DNA of 64,000 bases from Octopus bimaculoides (lineage: Eukaryota). A program made the position numbers and the translations under genes. The DNA lies in the NCBI RefSeq assembly GCF_001194135.2, contig NC_068985.1, forward strand, positions 23,286,839 to 23,350,838, given 5' to 3'. This document shows positions 53,871 to 64,000 of this stretch, one piece after another. Within the stretch, counting starts at the first letter, position 1. Every line of letters begins with the position of its first letter. The notes under the pieces were generated by a model. The model was not told the DNA's origin. It saw only the letters and a list, made by a program, of their open reading frames with translations, and searched no databases.

Positions 53871-55144
53871 ATGTTGCATCCTTCCTTCCTGAGTTTGTTG
53901 TCTTGTGAGCTGCATGGTGACCTCAGTAGTGCCGATAGCATGTAAAAAGCACCTAGTACACACTGTAAAGTGGTTGACATTTGGAAGGGCATCCAACTGT
54001 AGAAGCCATGCCAAAACAGACACAGGAGCATGATACAGTCTTTGGACTCCTCGGGTCCTTGTCAAATCATCCAATGGGATATGGACCTCAAATGATAATG
54101 ATGATGACTTCTATATTCTGCATACCATTAATTTTAGATCAAATTACAAGTCTAGTTTTGGGTTGATTTAATTGATATCTCCCCCTCACAATTTTTTTTT
54201 GTAGCCCTGTGCCTCAGTTAAAAATCATTCATATTTTTATTATTAATGGAAATGGAGTAATGGGGCTCAAATATCTAAGCAGTAACCAGTATTTAGTTTC
54301 GTACCTTTGTATTCAGGAGTATTTTTGACAGGGGTTGATAAAATAAGCTTGAGCTATGAACTGGAGGATAGATTCACTTGATTGCACCCTACCCACTACA
54401 GATTTTACTTTGTGTCTATGCATGAAATAAGATGAAATAAATAAGATTTTCAGTTTTTAAATTAACTATTTTAATAACAAATTGTTAATTTCTGTGGCAG
54501 GTAAAAAAAATCCTGTGTTTTACTATTAATTAAAGACTTAATTACAAAAGCAAATCAAAAGGGTTTATGTATGGTATGGTATAAAGAAATATTATTAAAA
54601 AAAACATTTGTGATATTACAAAGAAGGGAAAAATTATTGCACTTTATGTATATTTAACTAAAAGTCAAATTCTTTAGTGAAAAAGGATTTTCAGTTGTTG
54701 GGCCTCACAGAGAGGATGGCAGGAGACCAAGACTCCTGGCAGTTTGCTGTACTTGAGAAAATAAATCAAGCTAAGTAAAATTGTGGTTGTCCTTATATAC
54801 TGGTGTGTCCCCTGCATCCCTCTCTTGCTGAGCGATCCTAATCTTGCGAGCTCTTGGGTGCTGGTGCCACGTAAAAAGCACCCAGTATACTCTGCAAATT
54901 GGTTGGTGTTAGGAACGGCATCCAACCATAGAAACCATGCCAAAACAGCTGGCCAACTCCTGTCAAACCGTCCAACCCATGCCAACATAGAAAACAGACG
55001 TATGATGATGATGTAGTAAAATGCATATGAAATGATATTTTCTATCAGCTTTCAGATTCAGCTCGAATGTAGATTTTTCTGCTTTTGAATATCCAATTTG
55101 GTTTCTAGTAAATGGGTTTTTTTCATTGTTCTGTTTTATTTCAG

Positions 55145-55304
55145 GTGGAATCCTTTTTCTTGGGTCAGGAAATAGAAGACACAGAAGCCCCCATGCTGGA
55201 GGCTGCAAAGTTCCTATTACCAGCAGAAAATATCGAAGGAGCAAACTTGCAGACTGTTGATCCCGAAACACATGCTCGCCTTGAAGCTCTCCTAGAAGTT
55301 GCAG
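55145..55304 (+). CDS. ANKHD1/ANKRD17: ANKHD1/ANKRD17 (Mask) orthologue, second coding exon (160 nt)
   Basis: Polypyrimidine acceptor ttctgttttatttcag|GTG and donor GCAG|gtaaca. Translation VESFFLGQEIEDTEAPMLEAAKFLLPAENIEGANLQTVDPETHARLEALLEVA(G) matches the family motif VESFILDQED...GADLRTVDPETQARLEALLEAAG. It joins exon 1 in frame. Confidence 0.95.
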
Positions 55305-55365
55305 GTAACAAAATTCGTTAGAAAAAAAAAAAAAAAGTAATCATATATACATACATACGTGTGTG

Positions 55366-55416
<51 letters not shown>

Positions 55417-56056
55417 GTTTGTGTATGTAATGTAGTTAGATAATGTGTGTACATACATGTGTGTGTGTGTGTGTGTGTGTCTATATATATATATGTGTGT
55501 GTGTGTGTGTGCATGTGTGTATAATATAGTTAGATAATGTGTGTACATATATGTATTTGTATATATGTTTGTGTTTGTGTATATGATATAGATGTATTAT
55601 GTGTGTACATATACGTATGTATATATATGTTTGTGTGTTCATATATGTTTATGTATGTTTTATATATATATATATTTATATTGTGTATATGTATGTGAAT
55701 AATATATTACTATTTTTCTTAGAGTAAACATGTTTGAAGTGTCATGTTTTTGTCATGAAGAATTTCTCCTTGAAATAGATACTTTGTATGGTTCTGTCTC
55801 AGTTCTTTCCTATTAATCCTAAGCTGCCTTTTGGAATATTATTCCTAGTTTTTTGACATTTTTTTTTCATTTTGGTTATTGCATTTGGAATTATTTTTTT
55901 CTGTTCATAACTTTTATTTTTGTTCATTTGAACATTTAACAAGGGGCAACTTCCATGACACCTTCTGTCGATAACTTTCTAATCTACATTGTGGAATTTG
56001 ATTTTGGATATCTTTATCTTTCTTCTGGTCAAATTCTGTTATTTTTTTTATTGTTT

Positions 56057-56459
56057 CTATCTTTTACTTGTTTCAATCATTTGGCTGCGGCCATGCTGGG
56101 GCACCACGTTGAAGGGTTTTTAATTGAATAAATTGACCCCAGGACTTATTAAAAAAAAAAAAAAGACTTTTTTAAAGCCTGGTACTTCTATTGGTTTCTT
56201 TTGCTGAACCGCTGAGTTATGGAGATATAAACATACTAGCACACTGGTTGTCAAGTGCTGGTGGGAGGCAAACACAAAAACACTCACACACACACACGAC
56301 AGGCAGGCTTCTTTCAGTTTCCATCTACCAAATCCACTCAAAATGTTTTGGTCAGCCTGAGGCTATGGTAAAAGACACTTGCCTAAGGTGCCACGCAGTG
56401 GGACTGAACCCAGAACCATGTGGTTAGGAAGCAAATTTCTTACTGCACATCCGCACCTG
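56057..56459 (-). mobile_element. SINE family A, antisense
   Basis: Consensus match (cttgtttcaatcatttggctgcggccatgctgg...ccacgcagtgggactgaaccc). Confidence 0.88.
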
Positions 56460-56809
56460 CTGTGTTTGTTTGTTTTTTTTTAATAATTGTTTTATATTGT
56501 ACATAAAAAAACGTTTTGTGCTTTTGTTATATTTGCTTATTAATACACATTTGGTTTAGAAACATTAACAAAGATATTTTGCAAACTTTGCACTGGCATT
56601 TGGTATAAAAGCTGATATAGGTCACTACACAGAAAAATGAAAGATCATGGGATTTGAGTTTAGTTGCAGCAAATAAGATCCTGATTTGAATCAAAACATT
56701 TTATCGTGTTAACGGAATTTAAATTCTTACATTATATTATCTCAGAACCTTTTCTACAAGTATAGCTATATTGATTCATAGAAATTTTTTTTTTTCACCT
56801 GTGTATTGA

Positions 56810-57947
56810 CCCTTTGAGCCCTGTCCTCCTGAACCTTATTTGACCATATTACCTGGCTTTCTGAGCAAAATAAGCTGAAAATTGGGTTAGTCGCCTGACT
56901 GGCCCTCGTGCCAGTGGCACGTAAAAGCACCCACTACACTGTCGGAGTGGTTGGCATTAGGAAGGGCATCCAGCTGTAGAAAACTTGCCAGATCAGATTG
57001 GAGCCTGATGTCGCCTCCTGGTCCACCAGTCCTCAGTTAAATCGTCAAGCACATGCTAGCATGGAAAGCGGACGTTAAGCGACGATGATGATAATGATGA
57101 TGATGAAAACAAAAATATCAATGTTACTAACAATCTAACAACACAAACATACAACAGAGATGCCTACCTGGCTCCTAGTGCCAATATTCCACCTTGGTAT
57201 GCCAATTGGTCTAGCATGTTGATCCTCTTTTGACTTGTTAGGTATCTCCACTTTAGCCTGAGTGGTGTGCAGATTAGTCGTTTCAGTGAGATTCTACCAA
57301 AATGCTTCATTAAGGAATAGGTCTACAAAACCTTGTGGGGTTGAGTTTTCATTTATGTTTGGTGAAATGTTTCTAGGCCCACAATTAGAGTCATCAAAAG
57401 ATAAATCAACTGGAGTGTAACTCTTATTCCAATTTACAGGTACAGTGTTAGTTTGAGCAGGTCTCCTATCACCTGAAGGGCCAGGACCATGCCCCTTCTC
57501 CTTCTCACTCTAGAATTTGATTCTTCATTACTCACACTAGAGTCCGACTCAATGTCACTGTCAGAAACTGAATCAAGATCACTTGCAGGATATTCTTCAT
57601 CATTTTCAATATCTAACTCACTTAATTCGTCTAATTGAGTGATCACGTCAGCAGCTGTGAACAGCTGCTTATGTTGTTGTTTTGATTCAAAAATTCCGGG
57701 TTCAGGTTGACTTCATTTCATGGTGAAAGAACTTTTAATTTCAACATCAAAATAAGCCACATTCAACTCAGAAAGGCAGCAGACAGGTTGTTTTACCATT
57801 CTATAGTCCTGGGGTGAGTGAGCATTCTGATTGGATAAAAATAAATCATTATACTTTAATGCAGATGCACTCCACTAGTAGAGCGGGGCTACAGTATTGA
57901 GAAAAATAAGCCATCCACTGATAAACTGGTGTTATGGGCTCATAGGG
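56810..57947 (-). mobile_element. Internally deleted piggyBac-type transposon with transposase N-terminal remnant and a nested SINE-like insert
   Basis: 12-bp TIRs ccctttgagccc / gggctcataggg, flanked by TTGA (degenerate) and TTAA. The minus strand reads an acidic N-terminus (LFTAADVITQLDELSELDIENDEE...SDSDIESD), then after a frameshift GPRNISPNINENSTPQGFVDLFLNEAFW*NLTETTNLH, resembling the piggyBac TP-x-FF-x-LF...ETN-x-YA motif. Confidence 0.8.
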
Positions 57948-60900
57948 TTAAGGTGATCAAATAAGGGATTAAATGTCTATGTTGTTACTTAGTTTCAGAT
58001 GGATTAAGGTAATTAATTGTCATTAATACACTATTTTACTTGCATAATTAGAGACCACTTTTTGTAAAATCATTTGATGAGGGCAGCTTCAATGACCTTT
58101 GCAGATCCTTTCACTGTGTGTGTCTGTTGCAGACATGGAGGCAATGTTTTAATGTGAGATGCTAATAAATGTTTTAATGAATATATCAATATACAATTAT
58201 GTTTAAAAAAGAAAAACTGAGAAAAGTATTTTACATAGAAAAAAAAAAAATCCACATCCAAACCTGCACAAATTATAAATAGAATTGATTAGATTGGAAG
58301 GTAATGCAAACTTGGACATAAATAATGTATATTATTAGCGCTGATATTTTCACCTATTGCCAAGTTTTTATCAAGAAGTACTTTTTTCCAACTTGAGCAT
58401 CTCCTGTTGAATAAATTGCTTTTTTCAAGAAGTTCAAATATTCAGCCAGCTCACTTCCTTGTATAATCAAACTTACATTCAATACATCTAAATAAATGAG
58501 TATACCCTGTAACTTTTTTGGGTCATTAGAGTACATCTGAAGACTTAATTTGCATGCGGTGATGATTCAATGGAAGATAAACTGTAGTTTCTTGTTGCCA
58601 AACCTATTTAAGTAGATGCTTATTAACTCTGGTTAGTACTGGAAAATACTGGTTTTCATCATTCTGTACCATTAATGTTTTCAATAGCAAACTATATCTC
58701 CTTATGGTAACTTTTGTGTCTAGGTAAACTGAGTTTTAATCTCTATGCAATTCTATTTGTCTGCATCTGTTTATGTAGTGATTCTCTCATCACTATCCTG
58801 GCAAGTACGGTAAAGATTGTTTCCCTATTGAACTTTCAATAAGACCTCAACATATATGGTGTTCTCTTCAGCTGTCATCATTTTATACTGGCTGTCCATG
58901 TTGTTATGATTTAAGTGGGTCATCACAGTCAGTTATATTAAGATCTACAGCTTTTGTAGGTGTCTTGCTTGTATACGTCATTTTTGGCTTGAATTCTATG
59001 AGTGGATTTCCTTTCTGTGACATCCACTTTTGTGTGTACTGGGTGCATTTTACAGCACCCACACTTGAGTGCTTGTCATGTTTTTGGCAAGACAAGGCTA
59101 AAACATGGTTCCACTCAGCTTTGTTTTCCAAAATAAAATATTGTCATTGATTAATATTGTTTTCCTCACCGCATAACTATTTATAGTAATTTTTTTAATG
59201 TACTCTGCATATGTTAACACTGGCTTAAATTTCAAATTCTGAATAACTTAATGGATGTGTGGAATACACCTTAGAATAGCTGATGATGAAATATAAATTG
59301 TCAACCTTTTGGTCTGTAGGCTTGCATGCTATTAATTTAGTCTGTTCTAAACATTCAAACAACTCATTCAGTTTTCCTTCTGAAAGACAAATGCATTATA
59401 TCTTAGAATGCATTCATCTCCCCACTAAGCTAAAGTAAATAATATGACAAACAATTGTACCCATGCATATTCATTGATAAAGCACCTTACGTGCTGAGGT
59501 TGAATGAAAGATTCATGTTAAATTTGAGAATGATTTGATATTGATTTGTCAATCAAAATAGCTGAATGGATATTAAAAATAAATAAATGATCTGTTAGAA
59601 AAAATATAAAATAAATACTTCATTTGTGGCTGGGGTCCAGCTTCCTGTCAACCAACTATTCTCTTTTTCATCATTAAAATTCATTGAAATGTATTAACAA
59701 TCAAATGTTTGTTTGTTATAACATTAAGATGGTTGGAAGTTCTTTGTTTTGGTTTATTTATTCATATTTTTGTGCTCAAGGAGGACATTGACCTTAGCAA
59801 ATGAGTCATCTTGGATAAGATTTAGAAAGTGATATACAACAAACTCAAATAATCAAATCAAGGATTATTCATCTTCATAATGATATGATTTATGATCTGA
59901 ATATCTGCAATGTGGTCATTAGTCATCAGAGTAATTTTCTTTTCTATTTTCAGTGTTAACTTGGGAAAGCTGGGTATATTTTGTGCTTTATTACTTATTA
60001 GTCCACGTTAATGCTGTATTATTTATTATAAATTTGTTAAATTTTTAATATTTCTTGATGAGTCCTCAGTATGCAAATGTGCTGTCTGTCTTGTAGAGTC
60101 AGCCATGGTTGTTTGTTTACTGCTTGTGGTCATTTCTCATTTAAGCAATTCAAATGGAGGAAGACAAATGTGTGTCCTGTGTTGTAATCTAGCTATTATT
60201 TTATAGCTAAGATATTTACAGACAGACAGACAGATAGTTATTTATTTATTGTTATATATTAATATGATTTGTTAGTATGTAACGTAGTTTTGTTTAGTGT
60301 TTTAGGTACTTATATAGTTCGACAGACATAGGCACTCTATTTAGCCAATAGAGAGAAACTAGAAGTAATCCATCATTCATCATCATCATTTAATGTCCTC
60401 CTGCCATGCTGGCATGGGTGGCCATCCAACTTTTCCACAACATAACTACAATATATCTGAAAAATGGTACACTACACTTTATTGTTGCAGATTATGCTCA
60501 GAACACTTACACAACAAAGAAAAATATAGGTTTCAAATTTTGGCACAAGGCCAGCAATTTGGGGGAGGAGGAGGAAATTGATTACATTGACCCCAGTGCT
60601 CAGCTGGTACTTATTTTATTGACTTATCAAAGGAAAATATTGGAAATAGATTTTAAAAAATGTTTGGACATGTGAAATCACAGTTTCTTCCTCAAGCCCT
60701 GCCACTTCAAAAACAAAAGCACCTCCAAAGACTCAACAAGGGTACTACAACAACATCCTAAAAACACTACCTCTCTCACTCAGTCCTGATAAACATAAAA
60801 ACACATACAAATAGCTGCAACATTAATAGCCTCACTGGTTCCAGCCATTGTGGTTGGATGTCTTTTTCTTGGCCAAATATCACCAATAATATATGCAGAA

Positions 60901-62016
60901 GAGCAGCAACTGTTGCATTCTGATGGAGCATATCGTACCTGCCTTGATGTGATGGTAATCAAAATCTAAGAGTATGGAAATAGATTGGACAGTGGAAAAT
61001 GTGCAACATGTCCAGACTGTGACATGTCATCATCATCATCATCGTTTTGCGTCCGCTTTCCATGCTAGCATGGGTTGGACGATTTGACTGAGGACTGGTG
61101 AACCAGGTGGTTACACCAGGCTCCAATCTGATTTGGCAGAGTTTCTACTGCTGGATGCCCTTCCTAATGCCAACCACTCCGAGAGTGTAGTGGGTGCTCC
61201 TATGTGCCACTGGCATGAAGGCCAGTCAGGAGGAATTGGCAACGACCATGCTCGAAATGGTGTATTTTACGTGCCACCTGCACAAGTGCCAGGAAGGTCT
61301 GACCGTGAAGAAGAATTTGTGTATCATGCCTTGTTGCTCAACCAATTGTGTGTGTGCTTTAGGACTGCATGAACTGAGATGACCTGAGGTTACAACTTGA
61401 CAGTGATAAATAACAGATAAATCTCTCTTAAATTGCACCCTACTGTCTTAAAGGAAGGATTTGGACGTAGTGATGCATTAAATGCATGACTAGCTATATC
61501 TTTTTCATCTAGGTGTTCTTAGTTATGTATGAGCTGATTCCAGTGTAAAGTTCCCAAATCTTTCATTGTTTCTAGACATTCAGGTAACACCAGTTATGCT
61601 TGATGTAAATGTTAGTACTGAAATTTTAATTTTGGCCATTAGAGATAATGCTTACTTTAGTTTCTGACTAATGAATGCTGTATGTATGTTTACTTTAGTA
61701 TTGGGCTGTGCATTGCTGCTCATGTTAATCACTTTTTTTGTGGGGAATTCTATAGTATATCATTATTATCATATAATACCAACTTTTCCATGCCTGCATG
61801 AGTCAAATGGCATCTAGTGAGGTACATATTCTATGGCTGGGTTCCCTTCCTGTTACTATCCCTCATCTATTTCCAAGTAAGGTAATATTTACCCATGGCC
61901 AGTCATATTTTTCATGGAAGACTAGAAATAAACATTACTTGTATGATGGTGATGTTTGTTTTCACATATCAAAACAAAGGTACTCACACAGACACACACA
62001 CACACACATATAATTC

Positions 62017-62244
62017 TTTATTGCCCACAAGGAGCTAAACATAGAGGAGACAAACAAGGATAGACAAAGGGATTAAGTCGATTACATCGACCCCAGTGCA
62101 TAACTGGTACTTATTTAATCGACCTCGAAAGGATGAAAGGCAAAGTTGACCTCGACAGAATTTGAACTCAGAACGTAGCGGCAGACGAAATATCGCTAAG
62201 CATTTCGCCTGGCGTGCTAGTGATTCTGCCAGCTCACCACCTTA
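62017..62244 (-). mobile_element. SINE family D, antisense (degenerate copies at ~29232-29460, ~60530-60630, ~1812-1944)
   Basis: Minus strand reads gagctggcagaatc.ctagcacgccaggcgaaatgcttagcg...gttctgagttcaaattc...ctttgcctttcatcc. Confidence 0.8.
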
Positions 62245-63844
62245 TATATGTATGGCTTGCTGCCATACACACACATATATGAAGGGCTTCTTTCAGTTTC
62301 TATTTACCAAATCCATACAAAGCTTTACTCCACCTGAGGCTACAGTAGATGGCATTTCCCCAGGGTATTATGCAATGGAATTGAGCCCAAGACCATATGG
62401 TTGGAAAGCAAGCTTTCCAACCATACAACTATGCCAGGTGTGTTATTTCCTTATCTGATACTGTTTTGTGTTGTTACTATAGTTGCTCCTAGTTGTAACT
62501 ACATGCTTAGCCCATGAGAAAGTGCTATGCTTGAAGGACCAAAGCAACACTTTGTAATGAAGTTTATGAATTTCATGTTTGTAACTGAATTTGTAAATCA
62601 ATTCAATCATAGTTGACTTGGTCATGGATTTATATATTTATTGTTGTCTATAAGAAAGATTTTGTGTTTTCGTCATCTAGATTTGTTAGGCATACAGGAC
62701 TTTTTTTCCTGTTTTACAAGATTTTTGATACGTTTTTCTTTTTCATTGTTAGTATGCATTTGATTCATTCAACACCATATATGGTTTCTGTATTTTCAAC
62801 AGGTGCAGTATCTTATTTATTTAAATATATTTCTTGTATTGCTCTGTAGCTTGGTCTATTCGTTTGTTAGAATATGATTAGTGTTTGTTTTATTCAGTGT
62901 GCTTTGTTTGTGGAGGAGATTCTAAATGCTCTTCTCAGTAAGGATTTTACCATTGACATTAGGGTATTTAGTAAGCCACTATGATTTTCTTTTTTTTTTT
63001 AAACTGATTGATATTTGAATATCAGTGAACAATAGAGTTACTCTGTAAGGTCTGTGTGTTTCTATTTAAAAAAAAAATCTTATTTGATCCTACCCTTGAC
63101 ATTGTATACATCAAAATATCCACAAGTTCACACCATCTTCATTTTAACGTCCACTTTTCCATGCTAGCATGGGTCAGATGACATTTGTTGAAGCAAATTA
63201 TCTATGGCCATTTGCCTTTCCTGTCACCAACCCATACCTGTTTCCAAATAAGGTAATATTTCCCCATGACCAGACATGTTTTCATGGAAGAGTGCAAATT
63301 AGGAACATTGCTTGCATAAGGGTGACACTTGCTTACAATTAACACATGATAACACACCACACATTTTATATATGTGTGTGTGTGTGTGCACACGATATGT
63401 CCTTGTTGAAGCTCTTTCCCACAGCATAGTCTCCTAATACCCATCCTCTCTCTACTTGTGCCCACTCACTACATTCACTTTCTCCAATCCCTGATCCACT
63501 TCACTATGCATGCCTCCCAGTAACTTCGGTGTATGGCCTCCTGCCTCCTCCTTGTCACATCTTTACCATCTTCTCTCTCTGCTCTCTTCACCTGAGGCAG
63601 TTATGTTTCTCCTCTAATGCAAGACACCTTTTCTGTTCTTCAATACTTCCCTTCCCTCCATCATCATCATCATCAGTTAAGTCTGTTTTCCATGCTGGCA
63701 TGGGTTGGACTGTTTAAACAGGAGCTGACGAGCTGGAGGGCTGCACCAGGCTCCAGTCGTCATTCTTTTTTGGCATGGTTTCTATAGCTGGATGTCCTTC
63801 CTAATGCCAGCCACTTTATTGAGGGTACTGGTTGTTTTTATATG

Positions 63845-64000
63845 ACAACAGCATGGGTGCTTTTTACCTGGCAATGTGGTATGAGTGCTTCTTATGTGAC
63901 ACTAACATGGGTGCTTTTTATGTTCTGCCAACACAGGTGTTTTTACATGGTGCCAATACAAGTGCCTTTTATGTGGTGCCAGCATGGGTGCTTTTTACAT
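63845..64000. repeat. Degenerate ~26-bp tandem array (catgggtgctttttacatgg...) within a family B element
   Basis: Repeated gtgc(t)ttttta(c/t)(a/g)tg units. Confidence 0.7.

Larger units (their letters stand above)
21400..55144 (+). other. Intron 1 of the Mask/ANKHD1 gene (33,745 bp, phase 0, GT-AG)
   Basis: Defined by the in-frame join EISE|VESF. No intervening exon with family similarity was seen. Confidence 0.85.
55305..64000 (+). other. Intron 2 of the Mask/ANKHD1 gene (phase 1, continues beyond the window)
   Basis: GT donor at 55305. The expected next motif (GIGKLSTADGK...DPEVLRRL) was not found downstream. Confidence 0.75.

Noticed and set aside
62803-62849. Acceptor ttttcaacag|GT in phase with exon 2
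   Set aside because: It reads GAVSYLFKYISCIAL-stop with no similarity to the expected Mask exon 3.

Overview
Eukaryotic, strongly AT-rich scaffold segment with six N-gaps. The SINE, LINE and MITE content is what I recognise from octopod cephalopods (Octopus sp.); the species assignment is an inference. The only host gene I can support is the 5' end of an ANKHD1/ANKRD17 (Drosophila mask) orthologue on the + strand. Coding exon 1 (20665-21399) encodes 245 aa of Ser/Thr-rich sequence ending STSDDDEISE. A 33,745-bp intron follows, then exon 2 (55145-55304, VESFFLGQE...VDPETHARLEALLEVA-G). Exon 3 is not in the window. Most of the rest is decayed mobile DNA: two mariner fossils, an internally deleted piggyBac, hAT and TTAA-flanked MITEs, RTE and CR1/L2-type LINE remnants, four short interspersed families in many copies, and microsatellites. 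Most listed ORFs are artefacts of (AT)n/(CA)n repeats, gaps or repeat consensus sequences. There is no CRISPR array, no rRNA and no credible tRNA gene. I see no convincing new multi-gene system. The best leads are RNA/DNA-structural: a ~220-bp near-perfect fold-back in the mask intron, inverted SINE pairs, a candidate poison/recursive exon, and a MITE carrying a palindrome of telomeric hexamers.
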